Source of the DNA: Cyanobacteriota bacterium
Lineage (GTDB): Bacteria; Cyanobacteriota; Cyanobacteriia; Cyanobacteriales; Nostocaceae
Reading direction: 5' to 3'
Assembly: GCA_046045965.1 (NCBI GenBank)
Contig: JBJOKS010000021.1
Span: 32,001 to 96,000, forward strand
DNA length: 64,000 bases
In this document: positions 9,950 to 20,056 of the stretch, piece after piece
How the letters are laid out: each line of letters opens with the position of its first letter
Position numbering within the stretch: the stretch's first letter is position 1
Program-made: the position numbers and the translations under genes
The notes under the pieces: model-generated
Database searches by the model: none
Seen by the model: the letters and a program-made list of their open reading frames with translations, nothing else
What the model was told of the DNA's origin: nothing

Positions 9950-10723
9950 TTAACGGCTGACAACGAGGTTTTCTAGGCGACCGATACCTTCGATTTCGAC
10001 ACGGATGCGATCGCCTACATTTAATGAACCTACGCCAAAAGGTGTACCTGTTAGCACGACATCCCCAGGTAATAGTGTCATCACTTGACTAATATAAGAC
10101 ACCAAAAAATCTGGGGAAAATACCATTTGATCAATACAGGCAGATTGGACGGGATGGGGTTTATCATTCAAAAAGGTTTGCAATTTGGCTCCTGGGTTCA
10201 ATTCTCGGACAATCCAAGGACCTAAAGGGCAAAATGTATCAAAACCTTTAGCTCTTGTCCATTGAGCATCATTTTTTTGTAAATCCCTGGCTGTGACATC
10301 ATTAGCAATGGTGTAACCCCAAATTTTGCTTTGAGCTTCCTCTGGTGTACAGTCACAAGTGCGATCGCCTATCACTAATGCTAACTCGCCTTCATAGTCT
10401 ACCCGTTGTGACTGTGGAGGATATTTAATTTCCATTTCTGAGGCGATAACAGTGGTGGGTGGCTTAAGGAAAATCAGCGGTTCAGCGGGGACGGAAGTTC
10501 CCATTTCTGCTGCATGATCCGCATAGTTCTTGCCTACGGCCACTATTTTGGAAGGTGAACAGGGAGCCAGAATTCGGTATTGGTCTGGTTCCAAAATTAA
10601 ATCCGTGGGTTGCCCTTCCATCCAAGGTGGAGCGTCCAAAACCTCGACGTTGAGGGATAATTGCAGCAACCCGTAGTAAATTTGTCCTTCTTGACTCTTA
10701 ACTCGCACATAGCGTTGCGCCAT
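9950..10723 (-). CDS. Fumarylacetoacetate hydrolase family protein
   Basis: VGKNYADHAAEM, DYEGEL, NDVTARDLQ, AKGFDTFCPLGP, GDVVLTGTP. Confidence 0.92.
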   Translation of the reverse strand: MAQRYVRVKSQEGQIYYGLLQLSLNVEVLDAPPWMEGQPTDLILEPDQYRILAPCSPSKIVAVGKNYADHAAEMGTSVPAEPLIFLKPPTTVIASEMEIKYPPQSQRVDYEGELALVIGDRTCDCTPEEAQSKIWGYTIANDVTARDLQKNDAQWTRAKGFDTFCPLGPWIVRELNPGAKLQTFLNDKPHPVQSACIDQMVFSPDFLVSYISQVMTLLPGDVVLTGTPFGVGSLNVGDRIRVEIEGIGRLENLVVSR

Positions 10724-10801
10724 AACCTTGATTAATATCCTTAGAGATGCAAATTTAGGCAGATTAGGCTAATGATTTAAATCGAAAACTGGTAAGATGA
10801 T

Positions 10802-11213
10802 AGAAAATTGAGTCAGCCAAAACCACCTAGAGTGAGTATTTCCGCCCATCTCCAATACTTAATCATACTTTAGGTGGTGAATTACTTCTGGCGATATGCG
10901 CCAAAAGGCGCAGTCTACATATTAACAATAGAATGCAACAGTAATTTATTGTTAATATATCAAAAACACATCCCCATCAAGTTTTTGCTCTAAAGATTCT
11001 CTTCCTGACTATGGTGAAAAACCCACAAAGCGAAGAAAAACTCAAAGCAAAAAGTTTGGATTGTGCGTGATAAAATACTCAAAGTTATTTGAGTTAAGTA
11101 AAGGTAACATTGAGAGATTCTCAGTGGAGCTATAGGGGCGCTTTGACTACGCCTTCACGAGTCCGTTTTTGGGCTGCTTGAGAATCTCTGTCCTTCATAA
11201 CAGAGAGTGTCAA
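10802..11213 (+). mobile_element. Non-autonomous IS200/IS605 mini-element A (left end, omegaRNA-like cassette, right end; no ORF)
   Basis: Left-end motif AGAAAATTGAGTCAGCCAAAACCACC...TTTAGGTGGTG is shared with element B. The 3' part matches the tnpB 3' end and finishes GAATCTCTGT...ACAGAGAGTGTCAA. Left boundary is approximate. Confidence 0.78.
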
Positions 11214-11233
11214 AGTTCCTTGTTGCTTCAGAT
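11095..11233 (+). ncRNA. Predicted stand-alone omegaRNA (scaffold ~11095-11213 plus guide AGTTCCTTGTTGCTTCAGAT)
   Basis: 54/57 identity to the tnpB 3' end over 11130-11186 by manual alignment; TGATAAAAT extended -10-like motif about 20 nt upstream. Confidence 0.65.
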
Positions 11234-11319
11234 GTTGATTTTTATCAGTAACTCACAAAGCTTACTTGTATAAAATCTACAGGAGCAGCCTTTTTTGTCC
11301 ATAAGGTGACTAAAAATAT

Positions 11320-11646
11320 ATGACCACAATTTACGAAACAATGTACATTCTTCGCCCTGACTTGGGAGATGAGCAGGTAGAGCAAGCCGTTACTAAATAC
11401 CAAAACTTGTTAACTGAACAAGGCGCACAGAATCTGGAAATTCAGAATCGTGGTAAGCGTCGTCTTGCTTATGAAATTAACAGACATCGTGACGGCATCT
11501 ACATCCAATTTAACTACACAGCCCCAGCAGGTGCGATCGCTCCTTTAGAGCGTGCTATGCGATTAAGTGAAGAAGTGATTCGCTACTTAACAGTTAAGCA
11601 GGAAGTCCGCGAAGAAAAACCAGCGAAAGAAGTTGTAACCGCCTAA
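11320..11646 (+). CDS. rpsF: 30S ribosomal protein S6
   Basis: [27 protein letters not shown]. Confidence 0.97.
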   Translation: MTTIYETMYILRPDLGDEQVEQAVTKYQNLLTEQGAQNLEIQNRGKRRLAYEINRHRDGIYIQFNYTAPAGAIAPLERAMRLSEEVIRYLTVKQEVREEKPAKEVVTA

Positions 11647-12145
11647 AAAGTGCTGAGTGAGGAATTTTCAAATGATTCCCCACTCAACGGCAGGTATATT
11701 GCTTGTCTACGGATAGATAATATGTAAGTTATTTAATAAATACATAGGATTTTTAGAAAAATTTGCGTATTTCAACAGTTGTCAATTACTTCTAATTGCG
11801 ATATGTTTTGGATAAAATCATGAGGTAAGTGTTTATCTCATACACATAAAGTATAGGAAAGGACACAACAAAAGAGATTAGAACTTTTTTCCAAATTATG
11901 ACTACAAGGGTTTTGAGCAATTACGTTTTATACAAACTAGTCTTAAGACCTTGTGTTCTGATAAAAAAGTTTTATATCGCGTACAACAAGCTTGTGTGAC
12001 AAGAAGTGCAAAACCTCCGGCAAATATAGCTTGTGATTTGCATTTTACCTGGTCGCAGAGGAGCAAAATTTTGTATGTAAGAGGTTCTTCAAGCACTTGC
12101 CAAAGTTAATCTTGTCGCAGTTATACCTAAGAGATGTAACCCACT

Positions 12146-12706
12146 GTGAGCCAATCTGACACCCCCAACATCCAAGCTCTTTCTACTGAAGTATCGCAGT
12201 TGCGTCAAGAGTTGCAGCTGAGAGATCAATTAGTACAACAGCTATCTCAAGAACTGTTCCGACTAGTAAAAGGTAATACTAATTTTATCCCTCAACGCAC
12301 TGAGCCTGAGAGCGATATGAGTCAATTAGAGGTTTTAAGAGAACAACTCCAAGCTGTTGAGGAGCAAGTAACATTCTACCAAGAGCAAATTACATCTCGT
12401 GACTCGGAAATTCACCAATTACGACAGTCAGTTCAAGAATTAACTGATCGCAGTCGGATGTTAGAGCAAGTAGTACAAGAATTACCACAAATTTACCGTC
12501 GGAAATTTGAGGAAAGAATGGCTCCAGTTAGAGATAAGGTAGCAATGCTACAAAGAGAAAATCGTCAACTACAGGCAGAACTGCAAAGTGTGAGTTATCG
12601 GTTAGCACTTAAAACTCGTCACTCAAGTCATAGTGGTATAGATTTACCAAATTTCTCTAGTCCTATATCTGGACAACCTAATATATCCACTCCTCAGAAT
12701 GTCTGA
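12146..12706 (+). CDS. Coiled-coil hypothetical protein (cyanobacterial type)
   Basis: Gln/Leu-rich heptad pattern, GTG start. Confidence 0.75.
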   Translation: MSQSDTPNIQALSTEVSQLRQELQLRDQLVQQLSQELFRLVKGNTNFIPQRTEPESDMSQLEVLREQLQAVEEQVTFYQEQITSRDSEIHQLRQSVQELTDRSRMLEQVVQELPQIYRRKFEERMAPVRDKVAMLQRENRQLQAELQSVSYRLALKTRHSSHSGIDLPNFSSPISGQPNISTPQNV

Positions 12707-12722
12707 ATGAAATATTTATGAC

Positions 12723-12808
12723 ATATAGCAGGAGTCAGGAGTAAAACCTTCTTGTAGTGGAAGTTTCATGATCAATTGATGTTCTAAGCACTCTGTCCAC
12801 AGCTATAT
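12723..12808. repeat. Short MITE-like dispersed repeat bounded by ATATAGC/GCTATAT
   Basis: Terminal inverted heptamer; the ATATAGCAGGAGTCAGG end recurs in reverse at ~49580-49596. Confidence 0.45.
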
Positions 12809-12989
12809 TTAGAAATAAAATTTTCATATCCAATTTTTATCGCCTAGCTGCCAAACCTCTAGTTGAATAGAGATTCAGCTTGCTAGAACGAGAATTTAAA
12901 GGGTGATGATATCTAGTAATGTTTTGCCAAGCTAAGAAGCGAAAAAATTTTACTTAACTTGGCTTTTTTCCCTGAGAAAAGTCGATAAT

Positions 12990-13343
12990 TCAGCCAGCTG
13001 TCACCAGACTTTGCTCCTTGAGGCTAGGACATATATCTTCGTAATTGTTAACTATCTCAAACACTGAATCTAGGTGAGTAAGTTCTAAGACGAGTCTTAC
13101 AGGAGCTTGCACGTTGCACAGAACTAACCGACAACCGCTTGCGCGTACAGCTTTCAGTGCTTGGACTAAGGGAACTAAACCAGAACTATCCATGAATTCA
13201 ACTTCTGCTAGATCGATAACCCAGAGTTGATCAGGCTGTGGTGTTACTCCAGCCATCTTTTCGCTCAAGGCCGTACCAACCTGTAAGTCTATGCTTCCTT
13301 GGGGTTTGAACAAAATCACTTGGCGTTCTTGTGTAAGAGTCAT
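12990..13343 (-). CDS. STAS-domain anti-sigma factor antagonist
   Basis: IDLAEVEFMDSSGL phosphorylation motif; VLELTHLDSVFEI. Confidence 0.9.
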   Translation of the reverse strand: MTLTQERQVILFKPQGSIDLQVGTALSEKMAGVTPQPDQLWVIDLAEVEFMDSSGLVPLVQALKAVRASGCRLVLCNVQAPVRLVLELTHLDSVFEIVNNYEDICPSLKEQSLVTAG

Positions 13344-13863
13344 GAATTTAACTGGGTAGTTGAACTGGGTAGTTGAAATGTTCAGAAAACGGGTTTTATA
13401 TCAATTCTGATTAATCGTCAACAGTGGAAATACTGCTTTTAATTGATTACCGGGGACTTAATGCAATTATAGTCGATATATATGGAAGTGCTACAGGAAT
13501 CATGACTAAAGAGAGTATAAAATTTGATAGATAGCTCTACTATAGGCATAAATGCCTGTGGATTTCGGTAGCGAATTTAACTGTTACAAAATTATTATGG
13601 TTTCTGTGTAGTTTTATAAATTTTTAATAACTAAATCTCAAGAATGCACATCAAACAGCAAGCCAATGATTTCTTGTGGCATTTTGATGAAAAATTCATA
13701 ATTACATAATCAAATAGATTTAGACTTCAACAAACACAGGCTCACGAGTTTTTAATTATGAATTATGAATTATGAATTCTGAATTACTAATTATATTGAC
13801 AGCCTCACCAAAAACAAGCCAAGATATAGTAAACGTAAAAATTTGTAAAGTCGGCGGTGCTGG

Positions 13864-14493
13864 ATGTCTTTTGAGCTAATTTCACTAGAAAACATCCAAG
13901 AATTTGCTCAATCTTACGGTTATTGGGCAATTTTTTTGGGAATTTTGCTAGAGAATTTGGGCATTCCTCTTCCCGGTGAAACCGTGACTTTAGTCGGCGG
14001 TTTCCTGGCTGGTAGTGATGAGCTTAATTACTGGCTGGTTCTGGGTGACGCTGTTACAGGTGCTGTAATTGGCGGTACTTGCGGCTATTGGATTGGCAGG
14101 ATTGGTGGTTGGCCTTTCCTGCTACAAGTTGGTAAGATATTCCGCATATCTGAAACCCGACTGCTGAGTATTAAAGAACAATTTAGTGAGAATGCTGCTA
14201 AAGCTGTATTTTTTGGTCGTTTTTTCGCCTTACTAAGAATTTTTGCATCTCCACTTGCTGGTATAGCAGAAATGCCCTTTGGGAAATTTTTGGTATATAA
14301 CTTAGCAGGAGCTACTGCCTGGGCTAGTGTGATGGTGACTTTAGCTTTCTTTGCAGGGAGAATTGTTTCCCTTGAACAACTAGTGGCTTGGGTAAGTCAA
14401 TTTGCAATTTTGGCTTTACTTATCTTAGTTGCTGTGATTGTTGTTCCTATTTGGTGGGAATCTCGCCAAGTTAAGCATCAAACTGGGGAATAG
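13864..14493 (+). CDS. DedA family membrane protein
   Basis: ENLGIPLPGE, VFFGRF, FLVYNLAGA. Confidence 0.9.
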   Translation: MSFELISLENIQEFAQSYGYWAIFLGILLENLGIPLPGETVTLVGGFLAGSDELNYWLVLGDAVTGAVIGGTCGYWIGRIGGWPFLLQVGKIFRISETRLLSIKEQFSENAAKAVFFGRFFALLRIFASPLAGIAEMPFGKFLVYNLAGATAWASVMVTLAFFAGRIVSLEQLVAWVSQFAILALLILVAVIVVPIWWESRQVKHQTGE

Positions 14494-14576
14494 GGGACTG
14501 GGGATTGGGGACTGGGGACTGGGGACTGGGAAGAATAACCTATTCCCTATTCCCTATTCCCTATTCCCTATTCCCT
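14493..14576. repeat. STRR heptamer arrays (GGGGACT and CCCTATT) between convergent genes
   Basis: Tandem 7-mers seen directly. Confidence 0.9.
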
Positions 14577-14585
14577 GTCACCTAA

Positions 14586-15785
14586 TTACTTATTGTTCTG
14601 CGCCCAAATGCGGGTAGGTAGACCCCAGACGTAGATAAAGCCTTCTGCGGCTTTGTGATCAAATTGGTCTTCAGCGCCGTAGGTTGCTAAATCAGGAGTG
14701 TAAAGGGAATTATCACTCCAACGGCCAACTATGGTAGCGTTACCTTTGAAAAGCTTTAACCGCACAACACCAGAAACTCTCTCTTGTGTTTGTTGAATAA
14801 AAGCATCTATTGCAGCTTTGAGTGGACTGTACCAAAGCCCGTTGTATACCAATTTGGTGTAGGTTTCTTCAATACCCCGTTTGTATTGGGTGACATCTGC
14901 TGTTAAAGTCAGGCTTTCTAAATCGCGGTGGGCATTAATTAGGACTACCATTGCGGGTGATTCGTAAATTTCCCGTGATTTAATCCCAACCAATCGGTTT
15001 TCAATCATGTCAATCCGCCCAATACCGTGATTGCCAACTATTTTATTGAGTTGTTCAATTAACTCAACTGGTGTTTTTGCAGTACCGTTGATTGTGGTAG
15101 GAATGCCTTTTTGGAAGCCAATTTCTAGATATTCCGGCTCGTTGGGAGTATCGGCTATGGCTTTGGTCATTTCATAAATTTCTTCTGGTGGTTCGTTTGC
15201 TGGATCTTCCAAAGTACCAGCTTCAATACTCCGACCAAGCAAGTTTTTATCTATACTGAAGGGAGAGGATTTTTTTACAGGTGCGGGAATACCGAAGCTT
15301 TCACCATAGGCTATGGTTTGTTCTCGACTCATTCCCCATTCTCTGGCAGGTGCGAGGATTTTTAAGTTGGGGTTTAATGCTGTACAGGAAACATCAAAAC
15401 GAACTTGATCGTTACCTTTACCTGTGCAACCGTGGGCGATCGCATCAGCACCATATTTTTCGGCTGTTTCTACTAAAATCTTAGCAATCAAGGGCCGAGC
15501 TAGGGCTGTTCCTAAAGGATAGCGATTTTCATAGAGTGCATTGGCTTGAATTGCGGGAAATGCGTAATCTTTAACAAAGCTATCTTTAACATCAACTACA
15601 AGAGATTCACTTGCACCAGATTTTAAAGCTTTTTCTCTTACTGGTTCTAATTCATCTCCCTGGCCTAAGTCTGCTGCTAGGGTTATTACCTCTTCTACTC
15701 CCCATTCTTCCTTTAAGTAGGGGATACAAACAGAGGTATCCACTCCACCAGAATATGCTAAAACAACCTTTTTGGCGCGACCCAT
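14586..15785 (-). CDS. argG: Argininosuccinate synthase
   Basis: [39 protein letters not shown]; start taken at MGRAKK (15785). Confidence 0.97.
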   Translation of the reverse strand: MGRAKKVVLAYSGGVDTSVCIPYLKEEWGVEEVITLAADLGQGDELEPVREKALKSGASESLVVDVKDSFVKDYAFPAIQANALYENRYPLGTALARPLIAKILVETAEKYGADAIAHGCTGKGNDQVRFDVSCTALNPNLKILAPAREWGMSREQTIAYGESFGIPAPVKKSSPFSIDKNLLGRSIEAGTLEDPANEPPEEIYEMTKAIADTPNEPEYLEIGFQKGIPTTINGTAKTPVELIEQLNKIVGNHGIGRIDMIENRLVGIKSREIYESPAMVVLINAHRDLESLTLTADVTQYKRGIEETYTKLVYNGLWYSPLKAAIDAFIQQTQERVSGVVRLKLFKGNATIVGRWSDNSLYTPDLATYGAEDQFDHKAAEGFIYVWGLPTRIWAQNNK

Positions 15786-15975
15786 CAGTTTCTCCAGTTG
15801 GGAAAACAAACAATGAGTCATTATTATATCTGACTACACAGTATATATTTTAATGATGCAACTGCTTTTCAATTAAAAATTAAAAATTAAAAATTAAAAA
15901 ACTTCTTTATATATAGATATGGAGATAATTTTTTTCAAGAAACCATGACCGTGTTCTTTTTGTCATATTCTGGGT

Positions 15976-16941
15976 ATGAATAATAGTGTTTTGGGTAAAA
16001 CAGTGTTTTTTAGTGTTGTAATTCCTACTTATAATCGTTTGCCGATTTTGCAAAAATGCTTGCGTGCTTTGGAGATACAGGAGTTTAACCAAGACAACCA
16101 TATACAAGGTTATGAGGTGGTTTTAGTAGATGATGGTTCTACTGATGGTACTCTGCACTGGTTAGCAGAACATCAAGATGAGTTTCCTCATGTGCGGTGT
16201 TTTCAACAAGATCATGCTGGTCCTGCTGCTGCGCGAAATTTGGGGGTAGAAAAAGCCGAGGGTGACACGATTATTTTTATTGATAGCGATTTGGTGGTTT
16301 TGTCTAATTTCTTGCAAGCCCATACAGATGCTTTGGTACAAGGAAGAGAGAAATTAGGGAGCGACGGTTTTTTTACCTACGGTGCGGTAATTAATACTTG
16401 TAATTTTGAAAATCCCACTTCTGAACCTTATAAAATCACAGATTTTTCTGCGGCTTTTTTTGCTACGGGTAATGTCGCTATTCCTAAACATTGGTTAAAG
16501 AAAGCTGGTTTATTTGATACTGGGTTTCAACTTTATGGCTGGGAAGATTTGGAGTTAGGTGTGAGATTAAAAAATTTAGGTTTGCAATTAATTAAATGTC
16601 CTGAAGCTGTTGGTTATCATTGGCATCCAGCTTTTAGTTTACAACAAATTCCTAAGTTAATTGATCAGGAAATTCAACGGGGAAGGATGGGTGTTTTGTT
16701 TTATCAAAAACATCCTACCTGGGAAGTGAAAATGATGATTCAAATGACTTTGTTTCATCGTTTGTTGTGGGGAATACTTTCTTTAAATGGGTTGTTTAAT
16801 GAAAGAACTAGCGCACCTTTATTGCAATGGTTGATTAATTTGGGTAAGCCGCAGTTAGCGTTGGAAGTTGCGCGGATTTTTTTGAATTGGTATAATGTGA
16901 AGGGGGTTTATCAGGCTTATGAGGAGATGCAGGGTAAATGA
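15976..16941 (+). CDS. Glycosyltransferase family 2
   Basis: SVVIPTYNR, VDDGSTDGT, GPAAARNLG, FIDSD, YGWEDLELG. Confidence 0.9.
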   Translation: MNNSVLGKTVFFSVVIPTYNRLPILQKCLRALEIQEFNQDNHIQGYEVVLVDDGSTDGTLHWLAEHQDEFPHVRCFQQDHAGPAAARNLGVEKAEGDTIIFIDSDLVVLSNFLQAHTDALVQGREKLGSDGFFTYGAVINTCNFENPTSEPYKITDFSAAFFATGNVAIPKHWLKKAGLFDTGFQLYGWEDLELGVRLKNLGLQLIKCPEAVGYHWHPAFSLQQIPKLIDQEIQRGRMGVLFYQKHPTWEVKMMIQMTLFHRLLWGILSLNGLFNERTSAPLLQWLINLGKPQLALEVARIFLNWYNVKGVYQAYEEMQGK

Positions 16942-17024
16942 TTTTATCATGCTCCAGACGTAGAGGCGAGGACAGAGAAAAGCAAGAGAATATAATAAGA
17001 ATATTGAGATAATAAGTTGAAATT

Positions 17025-18416
17025 ATGAATCAGTCTAATTCTAATAATGTCAATGAACAGGAAAGTGTAAAAGGAATTACAAGAATTTCTGTCAGTGGTT
17101 ATAAGTCGCTTTATGATGAGTGCAGTATTGAAGTGCGTCCATTAACAATTTTGGCTGGTGCTAATAGTTCGGGAAAATCAAGTATTATGCAGCCTTTATT
17201 GTTGATGAAACAAACTCTAGAAGCTACTTATGATCCTGGTGCTTTGTTACTTGATGGACCTAACATTAAGTTTACTTCAGCAGAACAAGTATTTTCTAAA
17301 GTTTCTGGTCAAAAACATAATAATCAATTTATAGTAAGTATTGGAATCGAAAATAATCAATCTATTGAAAATAAATTTATAAAGTATCCAAGAAAGTCTT
17401 TAGAAATTATTGAAATGATTCATGAAAAAGACGATAAAAAAATTGTGCTTTCACCTGAAATTTTACCAGGAGATATTAAAGATATTTTACCAGAAATTTA
17501 TTCGGAAATTGAGCAAACACTTAAAAATTTAGAAGAGCTAAAAAATACCAGTATATATTGGATTATTGACCGTAATCGTTGTTTTTTAAATTTTTACTTG
17601 GTTATAAATGGATACAAAATGAATGAAATTTTTCCATTGCTTAACCCGGTACATAACACTCTATATCCTAGTCATTCTGAAATATTTGGAAACTATATCA
17701 GAAAAATAATCCACTTACCTGGATTACGAGGAAATCCTGAACGTAACTACAAAACTACTGCTATAGGAGATGAATTTCCTGGTACATTTGATAATTATGT
17801 TGCTAGTATTATCAATCATTGGCAAAAACCTAGAGATAAACGTCTTCAAGAGTTAGCTAATTTACTGGAAAATCTGGGACTAACTTGTAAAGTTCACGCT
17901 AAACAAGTTAATGATACACAAGTTGAGCTTAGAGTTGGTCGTTTACCAAGAAACTCGGATGCAAAAGATGATATGGTCAATATTGCCGATGTTGGTTTTG
18001 GTGTTTCCCAAACTTTACCTGTTTTAGTCGCTTTGCTAGTCGCTAAACCAGGACAATTAGTTTATATTGAACAACCAGAAATACATTTACATCCCCGCGC
18101 TCAAGTTGCTATGGCGGAAATATTAGCAAATGCTGCAAAACGGGGAGTAAAAGTAGTTATAGAAACTCATAGTGATAGATTAATTTTAGCAATTCAGTCT
18201 TTAGTCGCTGAAGGTAATTTATCGCCAGATTTAGTCAAACTGCACTGGTTTACACGGCAAGATGATGGTATAACAAGAGTCAATAGTGCTGATTTAGATG
18301 AAACTGGCGCTTTTGGAGATTGGCCAGAGGATTTTGGTGATATATCTCTACAACTGGAAAACCGTTATTTAAGTGCTGCGGAAGCTCGTTTAATGCAAGG
18401 GATACATGGGGGATAA
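17025..18416 (+). CDS. ABC/AAA_21-type ATPase with DUF3696-like C-terminus
   Basis: Walker A GANSSGKS, signature VGFGVSQ, Walker B YIEQPEIHLHP, H-loop ETHSD, C-terminal GDWPEDF. Confidence 0.82.
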   Translation: MNQSNSNNVNEQESVKGITRISVSGYKSLYDECSIEVRPLTILAGANSSGKSSIMQPLLLMKQTLEATYDPGALLLDGPNIKFTSAEQVFSKVSGQKHNNQFIVSIGIENNQSIENKFIKYPRKSLEIIEMIHEKDDKKIVLSPEILPGDIKDILPEIYSEIEQTLKNLEELKNTSIYWIIDRNRCFLNFYLVINGYKMNEIFPLLNPVHNTLYPSHSEIFGNYIRKIIHLPGLRGNPERNYKTTAIGDEFPGTFDNYVASIINHWQKPRDKRLQELANLLENLGLTCKVHAKQVNDTQVELRVGRLPRNSDAKDDMVNIADVGFGVSQTLPVLVALLVAKPGQLVYIEQPEIHLHPRAQVAMAEILANAAKRGVKVVIETHSDRLILAIQSLVAEGNLSPDLVKLHWFTRQDDGITRVNSADLDETGAFGDWPEDFGDISLQLENRYLSAAEARLMQGIHGG

Positions 18417-18969
18417 AGTAGATTCTAAGCGTTTGGTAATTGATGCTTCTGTTGCACGTTCATGTGGTACTAATGAAGCAACTTATCCAACTTCAGTAAA
18501 CTGCCGTAATTTTCTGATGGCGGTTTTGCAAATTTGTCACCAAATTGTGATGACACCAGATATTAAAAAAGAGTGGGATAAACATCAATCACCATTTGCT
18601 CGAAAATGGCTTACTCAAATGGTGGCTAAGAAAAAATTTAAATATTTAGATATTTCGATTGATAGTGATTTATGGAGTCAAGTAGAAAGTATTGCTGCCA
18701 ATGTGAGTAATAAAAGAATTGAAGAAATGACGAAAGATTTATGTTTAATTGAAGCAGCACTGGCAACAGATAAAATTGTTATATCCCTGGATGATAATAC
18801 AGCTAGAAAATTTTTTAGTGAAGCATCTGTAAAAATAGAGGAACTCAGGGATATTGTGTGGGTAAATCCAGATAAAGTAGATGAAGAAAACCCGATTGAA
18901 TGGCTAAAAAATGGGGCTGAAGCAGAAAGCGATCGCTTTTTGATAAATTATAGACGCGAGTTAGATTAA
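18406..18969 (+). CDS. Putative PIN-domain protein
   Basis: LVIDASV, EW, KDLCLIEAA and ISLDD give PIN-like acidic residue spacing; overlaps the ATPase end by 11 nt. Confidence 0.6.
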   Translation: MGDKVDSKRLVIDASVARSCGTNEATYPTSVNCRNFLMAVLQICHQIVMTPDIKKEWDKHQSPFARKWLTQMVAKKKFKYLDISIDSDLWSQVESIAANVSNKRIEEMTKDLCLIEAALATDKIVISLDDNTARKFFSEASVKIEELRDIVWVNPDKVDEENPIEWLKNGAEAESDRFLINYRRELD

Positions 18970-19044
18970 TTGACTTGTTACGAAAAAGTTCAATTTGACC
19001 CAAAAACTCAACATATTTGTGCTACCCTAGAACAGTTGTCTAAA

Positions 19045-19126
19045 ATCCGCACATCCGGGAATTCGGGTGTTTCCGTTATGGAAATGCACCTGGGTGGAGG
19101 TTTAACCCGAATAGGAGTAAGAAAAT
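19045..19126 (+). promoter_or_regulatory. Structured rpsB 5' leader (probable S2 autoregulatory element)
   Basis: GC-rich stem GGTGTTTCC...GGAAATGCACC with CACA and TGGAGG flanks directly before the rpsB RBS. Confidence 0.6.
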
Positions 19127-19921
19127 ATGCCAGTCGTTTCTTTGGCTCAGATGATGGAGTCAGGTGTTCACTTTGGGCATCAAACCCGACGTTGGAACCC
19201 AAAGATGTCTCCTTACATCTACACTTCCCGCAATGGTGTACATATCATTGACTTGGTGCAAACAGCCCAGTTGATGGATAACGCCTACAACTATATGCGA
19301 TCGCAAGCAGAGCAAGGGAAGAAATTCTTGTTTGTTGGCACAAAACGGCAAGCAGCAGGGATTATTGCTCAAGAAGCTACCCGTTGTGGTTCTCACTACA
19401 TTAACCAGCGTTGGTTAGGTGGAATGCTCACTAACTGGGCTACCATTAAGACCAGAGCAGACCGTCTGAAAGATTTAGAACGTCGGGAAGAAAACGGCGC
19501 ACTGGATTTATTGCCTAAGAAAGAAGCGTCAATGCTGCGTCGGGAAATGACAAAGCTGCAAAAATACTTGGGTGGCATTAAAAATATGCGGAAAGTCCCC
19601 GATGTTGTGATCATTGTTGACCAACGACGGGAATATAACGCAGTTCAAGAATGCGAAAAATTGGGTATTCCTATTGTGTCCATGTTGGATACAAACTGTG
19701 ATCCAGATGTAGTAGACATTCCCATTCCAGCTAATGATGACGCAATCAGATCAATTAAACTGATTGTTGGCAAATTAGCAGATGCTATTTATGAAGGCCG
19801 TCATGGTCAGCTGGAAGCAGAAGGGGATTATGAAGATTATGAAGGCGCTGAGGAAGAGTACGACTACGACGAAAGTGAGTACGCTGATGCAGCGATTCCC
19901 GACGACGAAGATGAAGAATAA
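19127..19921 (+). CDS. rpsB: 30S ribosomal protein S2
   Basis: [40 protein letters not shown]. Confidence 0.98.
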   Translation: MPVVSLAQMMESGVHFGHQTRRWNPKMSPYIYTSRNGVHIIDLVQTAQLMDNAYNYMRSQAEQGKKFLFVGTKRQAAGIIAQEATRCGSHYINQRWLGGMLTNWATIKTRADRLKDLERREENGALDLLPKKEASMLRREMTKLQKYLGGIKNMRKVPDVVIIVDQRREYNAVQECEKLGIPIVSMLDTNCDPDVVDIPIPANDDAIRSIKLIVGKLADAIYEGRHGQLEAEGDYEDYEGAEEEYDYDESEYADAAIPDDEDEE

Positions 19922-20056
19922 TAAGAATTGAGGATTTACTAGGGGTTAAGCAATTGGCTTGATCCTTAGAATCATCATTTCTTTAACTGCTGTGGTGGCA
20001 ATTACTGATTTAAGGTAATTGAGTATTAAAACGAAACGAAACGGAATTGAGGCAAC

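Noticed and set aside
7357..11213. Composite transposon bounded by the two outward-facing right ends
   Set aside because: IS200/IS605 transposition needs a left and a right end on the same strand; element A has its own left end and the enclosed genes look like ordinary chromosomal genes
18970..19251. 93-aa ORF after the PIN-like gene, possible third cassette gene
   Set aside because: Overlaps the rpsB leader and coding sequence out of frame; no recognisable motifs
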